Of a stretch of DNA of 64,000 bases, positions 48,047-60,808 are shown piece by piece; the first letter of the stretch is position 1; each line of letters begins with the position of its first letter. Location of the stretch: assembly GCF_006345805.1 (NCBI RefSeq), contig NC_042998.1, positions 207,514,001-207,578,000 of the forward strand, written 5' to 3'. Source of the DNA: Octopus sinensis (Eukaryota). A program made the translations under genes and the position numbers. The notes under the pieces were generated by a model. That model was given only the letters and a program-made list of their open reading frames with translations, was not told where the DNA came from and did not search any database.

Positions 48047-49710
48047 GTAAATTAAAGGAAATATGTCTAACTCCCTTTATTGAAGATTACCAAAAGAGGA
48101 TTGTGTCCTTCCGCCTAAATCTACCTTTTTGCAATGGTTTGGTATAATGTGTATATGTAAGAAGCTTGCTCAAGGTTCAGTCACACTGTATAACCCCCTT
48201 GGGTAAGTGTCTTCTCCAATAGCTCCAGGCTGACCAAAATTAAAAGAAAACTGTCACACACACACTCATACACAAGACCCTCTTTGGTCACAAATAACCA
48301 AAGGATTACACCTAGAAAGTTACCTTCCAAAGCACAAATCCAGGCAAGGTTGTTTGTGGAAGACCAGCAGTTGCCTATGCATATCACCCTTTCTCTCCAT
48401 GTCACCAATCGTCCAAGGGAAAGGCAAAGGGGCCAGTACAGCTTGGCACCAGTGATGTCGCAACTCATTTCTACAGCTGAGTGAACTGGAGCAATGTGAA
48501 ATAAAGTGTCTTGCCCAAGAACACAACACGCAGCCTGGTCTGGGATTCGAACTCACAACCTCACGACTGTAAGCCTGATACTCTAACCACTGTGCCACGT
48601 ACCTTCACACACACACACACAATTTGTTGCCAGGAGTTTCAGAGTGACTCAAAGGCTGAAAGTTTCGTACATAGGCTCTCATCAAACTGGTTTCAGATCA
48701 AGAGGTTTTACATTTATCTGCTGGTGATAAAGATATTTCCCTGGAGTGTTCTAGAACAAATTATAAATCTATTATACACATGCATTCCTTGATTTGAAAC
48801 CACTTGGATCAGTGCCAATGCATGAAACTCTTGCCTCTTGAGTCACTCTGTAACTTCTGCCAATTATTAATAAAAAAAAATATAGGTGCAGACGTGGCTG
48901 TGTGGTAAGAAGCTTGCTTACCAACCTCATGGTTCCGGGTTCAGTCCCACTGCGTGGCAACTTGGACAAGTGTTTTCTACTATAGCCTTGGGCCGACCAA
49001 AGCTTTGTGAATGGATTTGTTAGACAGAAACTGAAAGAAGCCACTCGTGTGTATATATATATATATATGTGTGGGTGTGTGTGTTATATGTATATCTTAG
49101 TGTGTGTGTCTGTGTTTGTTCCCCAGTCATCGCTTGGCAACCAATGTTAGTGTGTTTATGTTCTCGTAACTTAGCAGTTTGGCAAAAGAGACTTATAGAG
49201 TAAGTACTAGGCTTACAAAGAATAAGTCCTGGGGTCAATTGTTTGACTAAAAACTCCTTAAGTTGGGGCTCCAGCATGGCCACAACCAAATGACTGAAAC
49301 AAGTAAAAGAATAAAAGAAAAAATATACATCATATATATATACATAAGATAGATAGATAATCTTTATCATCATTGTCATCATCATCATCATCATCATCAT
49401 TGACACCATCCTTTTAAGCATCCAGACTCCATGCTGGCATGGTTTGGATGGTTTGATAGGACCTGGTGTGTCCAAGGACTGCATCCTGCTCCAGGGTCTG
49501 CTTAGGCCAGGCTTCTACAGCTGGCCACCCCTCATAACACCAATCACTTTACAGGGTGTACTGGATACAATTTTGTGGCACCAGCATCCGAGCAGTCACC
49601 CTGTTACTCATGAGACTGAAATCCCCTTTGTCTGGGTGGAGCCAGAGCACAAAGGGAGACTAGGCAGAGGTGAACCAATGTGGTGAGGACTGCAAACGGT
49701 GTGACTACCA

Positions 49711-50175
49711 TTAACCGTTTTGATACCAACCTGACTGAAACCAGCCCTGGATTTGTAGTATAAATGTCTTGTTTTCATAAGTTCTGAATTAAAATCTTCC
49801 ACCAAACCTTAGTCACAATTAATGTCCCTAACACTAGCTGAATGATAACTAAGTTATTTTACTAAATTCTTTGTTATATTTAAAGTAATTGAAAGAAACA
49901 CAGAGCATCTCAACAGAAATATGGTAACAAAAGGGTTAAAATATATAAAAGAGAAACAATTCTTAACCCTTTTGATACCAACCAGGCTGAAACCAGCTCT
50001 GGCTCTGGGTACAAATGTCTTGTTTTCACAAGTTCTGAATTAAAATCTTCTATCAATTTATGTTCCTAACACTAGCTCTAATGATAACCAAGTTATTTTA
50101 CTAAATTCTTTGTTGTATTTAAAGTAATTGAGAGAGAAACGGAGAGCATCTCAAGAGAAATACAATAAGGGTTAA
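49711..50175. mobile_element. two tandem piggyBac-type MITEs
   Basis: TTAA-CC(C/G)TTTTGATACCA ... (A)AAGGG-TTAA at 49711-49939 and 49963-50175; partial copy at ~60840-61020. Confidence 0.8.
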
Positions 50176-50202
50176 ATGCATGCATCTGTCTCTCTTTTGC
50201 AG

Positions 50203-50322
50203 GGTCATCATTCTCTTGGACCTGTCTCTCTACAACATCAATTATCTCATCCATATTCAACATTCTATGAGATTGTTGTTGGAGCAACAATTACACGATA
50301 AGGAATATTTCAACATCATCAG
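50203..50322 (+). CDS. VWA3A: exon 15 (VIILLDLSLYNINYLIHIQHSMRLLLEQQLHDKEYFNIIS), VWA domain 2
   Basis: TTTTGCAG| ... AG|GTAAAT; phase 2-2. Confidence 0.95.
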
Positions 50323-50382
50323 GTAAATCATTCCTCATCTATCTATTATCTCTCTTTTTCTCTCTCTCTCTCTCTCACTCCT

Positions 50383-50414
<32 letters not shown>

Positions 50415-50576
50415 CTTTCTCTCTCATGTCTACTATAATTCTATAATTACTCATAATTATAGAATTTTTGTATAAGTTTAACGATAATGGTTCTTTTAAC
50501 ATACTGAACTACTTGGTAAAATTATTAATTATTAATTAATTAATTAATTAATTTTACCCTTTTTATTATTGATTAT

Positions 50577-50611
<35 letters not shown>

Positions 50612-50650
50612 CACACACATATAAATATATAAATTATTATAATAATAAAC

Positions 50651-50821
50651 ATAATTATAATTAGGGTTTAGCAAAATTGCCTCACCACATACTGAATTTT
50701 AGAAATAGCAGTTAAATACTATTCTACTACCATATTTTATGGTAGCAGAATAGTATTTAACTGCTATTTCTAAATTTCGGTATGTTGTGAAGCAATTTTG
50801 CTAAGCACTAATTATAATTAT
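50651..50821. repeat. ~170-bp near-perfect palindrome flanked by ~120-bp direct repeats
   Basis: ATAATTATAATTAG..GCAAAATTGC..AGAAATAGCAGTTAAATACTATTCT and its reverse complement; direct repeats at ~50455-50575 and ~50825-50940. Confidence 0.85.
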
Positions 50822-50940
50822 GTTTATTATTATAATAATTTTTGTATAAGTTTACCGTTAATGGTTCTTTTAACATACCGAACTACTTGGTAAGATTATT
50901 AATTATAAATTGATTAATTAATTTTACCCTTTATTATTGA

Positions 50941-51555
50941 GCGTTGGGCCTCACTGAGGCAATGGCAAAGGACCGAGATCTCTGGAGATATGCTGTGACT
51001 GCAAAAACCCGGGCTGCTTCCTGCACCAGTTCCGCATAGCCCCTGCCCATTCAAAGTACCCCGGATCCCAGAACGTCCCGCTGTGCTTGAGGAGACCTGT
51101 TGAGTCAAGTACATGAACATGAACATCGAAATAAATATCAATGGAAATAGTAGCTGTGATACCTGTGCCGGTGGCACATAAAAAGCACCATCCGAACGTG
51201 GCCGATGCCAGCGCCGCCCCGACTGGCTTCTGTGCCGGTGGCACATAAAAAGCACCATCCAAACGTGGCCATTGTCAGCGCTGCCTTGGCTGGCTTCCGT
51301 GCCGGTGGCACGTTAAAAGCTCCAACCGATCGTGGCCGATGCCGGACCTCCTGGCACCTGTGCAGGTGGCACGTAAAAAGCACCCACTACACTCGCAGAG
51401 TGGTTGGCGTTAGGAAGGGCATCCAGCTGTAGAAACACTGCCAGATCAGACTGGAGACTGGTGCAGCCCCTGGCTTCCCAAACCCCGGTCGAACTGTCCA
51501 ACCCATGCTAGCGCGGAAAACGGACGTTAAAAAATGATGATGATGATGATGATGC
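50941..51555 (+). mobile_element. RTE-related repeat family C (representative copy) with internal ~55-60-bp hairpin repeats and (GAT)n tail
   Basis: Starts with LGLTEAMAKDRDLWRYAV (RTE-like ORF end), contains GGTTGGCGTTAGGAAGGGCATCCAGCTGTAGAAA, ends GGACGTTAAA(..)GATGATGAT. About 20 copies in the window, e.g. 20610-21030(-), 28040-28420(-), 39010-39480, 45330-46220, 47205-47680, 52330-53080, 63200-63850. Confidence 0.75.
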
Positions 51556-51767
51556 TATATATATATATATAAAATGTTCAGTTTACTAGGAAAGATCCAG
51601 AGGAAGAGTTACAAGGTAACCAGATGTCACATAAGTGCCCAAGGAATTAGGATCACACTTGTGTGGGAGTTAATTCTGAGAAGTGAGACGTGCTTTGGAG
51701 AACATAAGAATAATGGAAAATAGAGAGAAATGTTCATGATATTATTTAAATCATTCATATCACTGTA

Positions 51768-51850
51768 TCATCAACATATGTTTCGATAAATGCATTAAAG
51801 TAAATCTGAGAGGAAGAATAATGTGGAAAAATACATCATCTCATCAGGGA
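51768..51850 (-). ncRNA. type I hammerhead core with long stem II and weak stem I
   Basis: CUGAUGA(51847-41) GAUGAUGUAU[35 nt]AUGCAUUUAUC GAAA CAUAUG UU; 3' half repeated on + at ~53081-53135. Confidence 0.55.
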
Positions 51851-53311
51851 AAGATTACTCTCTCTTTACTCTCTTTACTCTTTTACTTGTTTCAGTCATT
51901 TGACTGCGGCCATGCTGGAGCACCGCCTTTAGTCGAGCAAATCGACCCCGGGACTTATTCTTTGTAAGCCTAGTACTTATTCTATCGGTCTCTTTTGCTG
52001 AACCGCTAAGTGACGGGGACATAAACACACCAGCATCGGTTGTCAAGCAATGCTAGGGAGACAAACACAGACACACAAACATATACACATACACTTAATA
52101 TATATATATATACATTACATATACATGACAGCTTCTTTCAGTTTCATCTACCAAATCCACTCACAAGGCATTGTCGGGCCCAGGGCTATAGCAGAAGACA
52201 CTTACCCAAGATGCCACGCTGTGGACTGAACCCGGAACCCGGAACCATGTGGTTGGTTAGCAAGCTACTTACCACACAGCCACTCCTGCGCCTATTGATG
52301 CATTTTTCCACATTACCTTTTCCTTCTTTGGACCCTAAACTCTGCTTGCAAAGACCTGTTGAGACAAGTGAAATCAAAATCAAATTCGACGACTGGCATC
52401 CATGCTAGTAGGGTGCCAAGAGCACCATCTGAGCATGATCATTGCCAGAGCAGCCAACTGGCTTCCGTGCCGGTGGCATGTAAAAGGGCACCATTCGAGC
52501 GTGATTGTTATGAACGTCACCTGACTGGCACCTGTGCCAGTGGAATGTGTAAAAAGATTCAAGCGAGGTCGTTGCCAGTACCGCCTGACTGGCTCCCATA
52601 CCGGTGGCACGTAAAGAGCACCCACTACACTCTCGGAGTGGTTGGCGTTAGGAAGGGCATCCAGCTGTAGAAACTGTGATATAAGATAACTGATGGTGAT
52701 CAGAGATTGAAATGATCGGGGTTTTGTGAAGGCCGGTAAGAATGGAAGCAAGCATGCTGCATTAGATGTGCAATATATCATCATCATCATCGTTACCAGC
52801 GTCGCCTTACTGGCACCTGTGCCGGTGGCATGTGAGAAAACATTTGAGAGTGGCCGTTGCCAGTGTCACTCAACTGGCTCCCATGCAGGTGGCACCTAAA
52901 AGCACCCACTACACTCTCGGAGTGGTTGGCATTAGGAAGGGCATCCAGCTGTAGAAACTCTGCCAGATCAAGATTGGAGCCTGGTGCAGCCATCTGGTTC
53001 GCCAGCCCTCAGTCAAATCGTCCAACCCATGCCAGCATGGAAAGTGGACGTTAAACGATGATGATGATGATGATGATGATTCTTCCTCTCAGATTTATAT
53101 CAATGTATCTATCGAAACATATGTTGGTGATATAAGTGATTTAAATAACATCTTGAGTATTTGTCTCCATTTTCCATTATTCTTATGAATACACATACAC
53201 ACACAGACACACACACACACACAGACACACACACACACACACACACCACTCGCACACACACACACATATATATATATATAGACTCACTAATGAATTTGTA
53301 AATATTTCCAG

Positions 53312-53386
53312 CTTTGGCCACACCTCAAGAAGATGGAGTGAAACAATGAAGAAACCGACCGAAGAGAATTTACAGTCAGCCTGGAG
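53312..53386 (+). CDS. VWA3A: exon 16 (FGHTSRRWSETMKKPTEENLQSAWR)
   Basis: TTCCAG| ... AG|GTAAGA; matches NLQSAWR. Confidence 0.93.
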
Positions 53387-54113
53387 GTAAGAAGGGATCT
53401 CTGGGGCTTCCTTTCATCCTTTACCATTTACTTGTTTCAGTCATTAGGCTGTGGCCATGCTGGGGCCAGTTGTGTCACATGCTGTGTCATCTTGAATCTC
53501 CCTGGGGACTATGTTAAGGTTATGCATGTCTGTGGAGTACTCAGCCACTTTCATGTTAATTTCATGAGCAGACTGTTCTGTTGACTGGATTAACTGGAAC
53601 CCTTCTCCTTGTAACCGGTGGAGCGCCAGTTATTTAGTATATGCATGTGTGTGTATGCGTGTGATGTGTGGTGTGTGTATGTGGTGTGTTGTGTGTGTAT
53701 GTGCGTGTGTATGTGTGTGTGTGTATGGGTGTGTATGCGTGTGTGGTGTGTGGTTGTGTGTGTGTTGTGTGTATGCGTTTTGTTGTATGTGTGTGTGTGT
53801 TGTTGTGTGTATGCGTGTGTATGCGTGTGTGTGTGTGTATGCTTGGTTTATACATGTGATGCCTGTATATGAATATGCATGTGTGTATGTGTGCTTGCTT
53901 GTGTGTATATGCATGAGTGTATGCGCATGCAAGTGTATGTGTGTATATGCATGTGTGAATGTATGCTTATGTGTGGTATGTGTGTGTGTGCGGTTCATGG
54001 TGGTGTGCGTGTGTGTGTGTGTGAGTACATTTCCTTCCTCAAACAAACTTACAAACACATCCGCCATGGCCACCTCACCTCACTCGCACTCTTGCCCTCA
54101 TTCTCATTTACAG

Positions 54114-54208
54114 GTGGATTCTGGCATCGAAGTGTGAAGGCAGACGGAACTTCCTCTCCGCATTCCGAATGGCTGTGGAAAACCATGTGGAAATAAACAA
54201 TGGAATCG
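54114..54208 (+). CDS. VWA3A: exon 17 (WILASKCEGRRNFLSAFRMAVENHVEINNGIG)
   Basis: TTTACAG| ... G|GTGAGT; matches WALNLRCRGSRNVLSALRKAVE. Confidence 0.93.
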
Positions 54209-54259
54209 GTGAGTTGGTCTGTCCTGATAGTCTTGGGAACACACACACCCTTTGCTGCC

Positions 54260-56065
54260 ATCCTCCACATCACCACCACCAACACCAACCACCACCACCA
54301 CCACCACCACCAACCACCATCACACCACCACCACCACCATCACCACCACCCACCACCACCACCACCACCACCACCATCACACCATCACCACCAACAACAC
54401 CACACCCACCCCCCCCACCACCACATTCACAACCATCACCACAATCCACACCCACCACCACCCCACACCACCACCATCACACCACCACCCACCACCACCA
54501 CCACCACCATCACCACCATCACCACCACCACCACCACCACCACACCATCACCATCACCACCACCACCACCCCACCACCACCACCACCACAAACCAACCCC
54601 ACCACATCACACACCACCACACCACCACCACCACACCATCACCACCACCATCACCAACACCACCACCACCACCATCCACCACCACCATCACCACCACCAT
54701 CACCCACCACCACCACCACCACACATACCCACACCACCAACCAACCACCACACCACCACCACCATCACCACCAGTCACCACCACACACCACCACCCACCA
54801 CCACCACCACCTCACCACCACCCCACCACCACCACACCACCACCCCACCACCCCCACCATCACCAACCACCACCACCACCACCACCCCACCACCACTCAC
54901 CACCACCACCACCCACCACCACCACCACCACCACCACCACACCACCACATCACCACACACCACCACCACCACCAACAATCACAATACCCACCACCACCAC
55001 CCCACCACCACCACCACCACCACCATCACACCACACCGCACCACCACCACCACCACACCACCATCACCACCACCACCACCACCACCACCACCACCACCAT
55101 ACCATCACCACCATCACCACCCACCACCACCACCACCACCACCACCACCACCATCACACACACCACCACCACCACCACCACCACCACCACCACCACCACC
55201 ACCATCACCACCACCACCACCACCACCACCACCATCACCCCACCCCCACCATCCACCACCACCACACCACCACCAACAGCACCACCATCACCACCATCAC
55301 CAACACCCACCACCCATCACCACCACCACCAACACCACCACCACCACACCACCATCACCACCACCCACCACCATCACCACCACCATCCACCACCACCACC
55401 ACCATCACCACCACCACCACCATCACCACCACCACCACCATCACCACCACCTCACCACCACCACCAACATCACCACCACCACCACCACCACCACCCATCA
55501 CCACCACCCATCACCACCACCACCACCACCATCACCACCACCACCACCATCACCACACCACCACCATCACCACCACCACCACCATCACACCACCACCACA
55601 CCACCACCACCATCACCACCATCATACCACCACCATCACCACCATCACACTACCACCACCATCACCACCACCATCACCACCACCACAATCACCACCACCA
55701 TCCCATACCACCACCACCACCACCACCACCACCACCACCACCATCACCACCCACCACCACCACCACCTCACCATCACCAACACATCACCACCACACCACC
55801 ACCACCAAACACCAACCATCACACCACCAACATCACACTACCGCTACCATCCATACCATCACCATCACCACCACCACCACCATCACACTACCACCACCAT
55901 CATACCATCACCACCACCACCCACCACCACCACCACCCATCACCCTACCATCACCACCCACACAACACCACCACCTCAACAACCACCACCACCACCAAAA
56001 AAAAAAAAAACCACACCACCACACCACCATCACCACCACCACCACCATCACCACCACCACCACCA
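54260..56065. repeat. ~1.8-kb degenerate (CCA/TCA)n microsatellite filling intron 17
   Basis: Directly visible. Confidence 0.97.
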
Positions 56066-56154
56066 ACCCTATACTCCTCCCCTCCTGTCCCTATTTCAGG
56101 CCATTCTTCATTTCCCATCATGTCCCTGATTTCGGTTGTCTTGTAATCTTCCAG

Positions 56155-56400
56155 GCCCTGATGGCATTTACCTGTTCAGCAGTGGGGTTCCTGACCAACC
56201 TGAGGACATCTGCCTATCTTACATCATGGAGAGTTGTATCGGACGTGGAATACAGTTCCACGCCTCTCTATTCCATGCCCACCACTCCGGAGACAGCGAC
56301 AGCACTCCTACCAGATATCACACTGCCTCGAAAACAGCAGAATGCTTAAGGAATTTGGCTCATTGCATGCAGGGACGATTCCATTGGTTTGGAGAGACTG
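56155..56400 (+). CDS. VWA3A: exon 18 (PDGIYLFSSGVPDQPEDICLSYIMES...GRFHWFGET)
   Basis: TTCCAG| ... G|GTGAGT; matches GIYLFTGGIPDQ and GRFHWFGDT. Confidence 0.95.
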
Positions 56401-57679
56401 GTGAGTTGAACGGTACTGTTGTTGTTGTTGGTGTTGTTGTTGTTGTTGTTGTTGTTGTTCTTGTTCTTCTTCTTCTTCTTCTTATTCGTCTCCGCTATTC
56501 TTCCCTTTCTTCTTCTTACCTACTTTCTTCTTCTTCTTATTCTTCTTCTTCTTCTTCTCCTTCTTCTTCTTCATTCTTTCCTTCTTATTCTTCTCCTTCT
56601 TCTCCTCTTCTTATTCTTATCCTTCTTGTCTTCTTCTCCTTCTTCTCCTTCTTCTTTCTCCTTCTTCTTTTTCTTCTTTCTTATTCTTCTTTCCTTCTTC
56701 TTCATCCTCCTCCGCCTATCCTTCTTCTTCTTCTTTCTTATTCTTTTCCTCTTCTCTTCTTCTTCTTCTCCTTCTTCTTCTTCTCCTTCTTCTCCTCTTT
56801 TCTTCTTCTTCTTCTCTTCTCCTTCTCTTCTTCTTCTTCTCTCTTCTTCTTTTCTTCTTCCTTCCTCTTCCTCTTCTTTTTTCTTCTGAGCTTACTCTTT
56901 TCTTCTTTTCCTTCATATCTTTGTTCTTCTCCTCTCTTTCCTCTTCTTCTTTTTCTTCTTGTTCTGCTTTTCTTATCTCTTATCTCTTTCTTCTCCTTGT
57001 CTTTCTTATTCTTCTTCTTCTTCTCCTTCTTTTCTTCTTCTTCTCCTTCTTCTTTTTCTCCTTCTTCTTCTCTTTCTTCTTCTTCTTCCTCTTCCCTTCT
57101 TCTTTTTTCTTCTGCTTCTCTTTCTTCTTCTTCTTCTTCTTCTTCTTCCCTTACTTTTCTTTTCTTTATCTTCTCCTCTCCCATTCCTCTTCTTCTTTCT
57201 TCTTCTTCTTTCTTCCTTCTTATTCTTCTTCTTCTCTTTCTTCTTCTTCTTTCTTCTTCTTCTTCTTCTCCTTACTTTCCTCTTCTTCTTTTTCTTCTGC
57301 TTCTTTCTTCTTCTCCTTCTTCTTCTTCTTCTCCTTCTTCTTCTTCTCCTTTTTTATTCTTCTTCTTCTCCTTCTTCTTCTTCTCCTTCTTCTTCTTCTT
57401 CTTCTTCTTCCCCTTCGTTTTTTTTTTCTTCTGTTTCTTTTTTCTTCTCTTCTTCTTTCTTCTTCTTCTTCTTCTTCTTCTTCTTCTTTTTCTTCTCTTT
57501 CTTCTTTCTCCTTCTCCTCCTCCTCCTCCTCTTCTTCTTCTTTTTCTTCTTCTTCTTCTTCTTCTTTTCTTCTTCTCTTCTTCTTCTCCTTCTCCTCCTT
57601 CTTCCTCCTCCTCCTCCTCCTCCTCCTCCATAAATATCGTAAATATTTATCATTTTCTCACCCACCAACCTCTTACCAG

Positions 57680-57798
57680 GAATCACCGAAAGTGATGACA
57701 TTAGCTACATTATGAAGGAAATTGAGAAAGCGTTGCTCTACTCCAAGAAATGTTCACAACTTACTCAAGCTGTGAAGAAAAAATATCAACTAAAAAAG
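57680..57798 (+). CDS. VWA3A: exon 19 (GITESDDISYIMKEIEKALLYSKKCSQLTQAVKKKYQLKK)
   Basis: TTACCAG| ... AAG|GTAAAG. Confidence 0.94.
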
Positions 57799-58404
57799 GT
57801 AAAGTTTTGCAAATAATTCTTCCATAATTTATTTTATTTTGTTAAAATTTTCAAGGATCACAGGTGACCCCTTTTCTTGCCTTTTTTTTTCATGTCTGGT
57901 ACATGTTTATCAAATAGTTGTGCCAAACTGCTAAGTCATGGGAATGTAACCAAACCAACACCGGTTATCAGGTGGTAGTGGTAGACAAATGCAGACATAA
58001 AAACATACATACATAGATATAAATACATATATATCTGGTCCAGGAATCATATCCACATATGTTGTGTTCTTGAGCAGAACACTTCATTTCACGTTGCCAC
58101 AGTCCACTCACCTGATAAAAATGAGTAATTCTGCGATGGACTGGCATCCTATCCAGGTTGGAATATACATACAAGCCAGAAAAAAAAAGGAAACTGGTCC
58201 TATGCTCTTTATGGACTAATTTGGACTTATCAGTAAACCATATCTATGTGTATATATGTATATATGTATGTATATATGTGTGTGTGAGTGTGTGTGTATA
58301 CACACACATATATATGTATATATATATATATATGTATGTATGTACATATACATATATAGGTATATATACACACATATATACATATACATATATACATATA
58401 CATG

Positions 58405-58440
<36 letters not shown>

Positions 58441-59329
58441 CAATGGAATTCTTTCAGTTTCCATCAACGAAATCCACTCCCAAGACTTTGGTCACCTTGA
58501 GGCTATAGTAGAAGACACTTGCCTAAGGTGCCATGCAGTGGGACTGAACCCAGAACCATGTGGTCGGTAAGCAAACTTCTTACTGCACTGTCACATCTGC
58601 ACCCATATCATCATCATCATCATCATCATCATTATCATCAACATTTAATGTCTGTTGTCAATCCAACCCATGCCAGCATGGACAATGGACGTTAAATGAT
58701 GATGATGATGAAAGAGGTGCAGGCGTGGCTGTGCAGTAAGAAGTTTGCTTACTGACCACATGGTTTTGGGTTCAATCCCATTGCATGGCACCTTGGGCAA
58801 GCATCTAGCACTATAGCCATGGATTGACCAAAGCCTTGTGAGAAGATTTGGTAGATGGAAACTGAAAGAAGCCTGTCACACACACACACACACACACAAA
58901 TATACCAATGCAATACAGATGAATATATAAAGAAAATGCTCACATGTATACACACACATGTATACACACACACATGCACACACACACACACGTCCACATC
59001 CACACATGAATACACTTATACCCACACATAAGAACACATATACATCAACACTCACATCTTAAACAATTTTCTCAACTCTTTAAAATTTCCATTTTCTCTT
59101 CAATAATGGTTCCACTTTTAGGTTATCACAGACCCCAAAGTTTTACCAATTTGTCCATCTCGCATCCAAGGAGACCAACATCCTGCATACCAGCTTTGAT
59201 GAACAAGGAGAAAAATGTAAGACTTCAGTTAATATAATTCTGTATTTGAACCTTTGCCCTAAGCTTTTGGAAGGAGACTACTTAATTAGGTCTGAATTAC
59301 ATTTGTTATATATAATTTTGTTTTCATTG

Positions 59330-59700
59330 CTGTTGGACATGTTTACCACCTTTTCAAACTCCACCTGTCTAACACCCGTGGACATGTTTACAAAGTCAGA
59401 AAACAGCACAGCTCCTTCCATGACTTTCAGAAACATTTTTTCACGCTAAAAGTTGCTGAAGCATGGAACAAACTGCCGGCATCAGTTGTTAGTTGTCAGA
59501 GCACTGCATCCTTCAAAACTTCCATGCTTCCTGAGATTCGCCAACACTACACCTGATTTTCTCCTCCCCTCTATACAAATGCAAGCATGTATCTGACTCA
59601 TACACTGTTCACTTCCCAGACATTTCTACATTACTGCATATATATATGCTTTATATGCACTTTTGACAAGTTGTGGTGCACCTGAGCACTGTATACAATA
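59330..59700 (+). mobile_element. CR1-like LINE 3' end
   Basis: NTRGHVYKVRK...HFFTLKVAEAWNKLPASVV...FK; shorter copy on - at ~40755-40880. Confidence 0.82.
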
Positions 59701-60230
59701 ATTTCATTATATACATTATATATAAATTTGTTAAGAATTCTAGGAGTAAAAGAGAGAAGGTACCAACAAAACTCAGGTACCAATAATAATTACAAGATGG
59801 AGACCAACACTTAAATACCAAGTTTTTAAACACTGGACTAGACTTTGTACCTTTGACCTTCAGAATGTTGAAAGCAAAGGATTAAATCCATTAAAACCAC
59901 TAATCCAAAGAGGATTTTAATCCAACAGCGATTATACAAAGCCAAGATTAACTTCAATGCATCTCACTCTGACAATGGCTTAACTGGATGAAGCTATAAA
60001 GTCACTCTCATCCAAAGAATTTAGTGCTTTTAGCTTAGATTTTCTTGGGGTCAGCCAGATTGGAACAGTTTTAAGTGTAACCGGCTGAAACTGCAGGGAT
60101 GATCTGGAACTTGACTGATGATAGAAGGCTCTGAATGACCCGTCCTTATTTTTTCCTGTCCTTCTTTGTATCGTCTAACTGTCCGGATGTTTTGTTGTTG
60201 CTGTTATGGTCTTGTTCCATTTTCTGTTTT

Positions 60231-60265
<35 letters not shown>

Positions 60266-60536
60266 ACACACACACCACACATATAGCTAAGATCAAAGGC
60301 ATGTAAAAGGCACTAGTCAAGCGTAGTCGATGCCAGTTCCACTTGACTGGCCCCTGTGCTGGTGGCACATAAACAGCACCCTCTACACTCTTGGAGTGGT
60401 TGGCATTAGGAAGGGCATCCAGCTGTAGAAACACTGCCAGATCAGGTTGGAGCCTGGTGCAACCTCCTGGCTCTCTAGACCTCAGTCAAACATCCAACCC
60501 ATTCCAGTATGGAAAGCGAACGTTAAATGATGATGA

Positions 60537-60573
<37 letters not shown>

Positions 60574-60633
60574 CATAGTCCTAGTCTTCATTTCCACGTG
60601 AGTTTTGGCTGTCATTTTTTCATATATTTTCAG

Positions 60634-60808
60634 GTTACCAATGAAAGACCAACAACAAGTGGTAGAGTAACAACTGCTGGAAGACCACTGTCCAGTGGGA
60701 GGCCACTGTCCAGTGGGAGACCACTATCCTGTGGGAGGCCAACATCCAGTGTAAAACATCCAGCGTCTGTTGGTAATAAAGTAAACCATTTACCAGTTTC
60801 TGCTGCAG
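60634..60808 (+). CDS. VWA3A: exon 20, low-complexity linker (VTNERPTTSGRVTTAGRPLSSGRPLSSGRPLSCGRPTSS...SAAG)
   Basis: TTTTCAG| ... CAG|GTTAGT (phase 1). An earlier phase-1 donor (GTTG|GTAATA) is possible; little homology support. Confidence 0.72.

Noticed and set aside
60085-60140. GAAA...CUGAUGA arrangement (also reversed near 16.23 kb) as a type II hammerhead
   Set aside because: Stems II and III cannot be formed around the core.
59715-60230. Possible Penelope GIY-YIG coding remnant
   Set aside because: No recognisable motif in any frame I could read; left unassigned.
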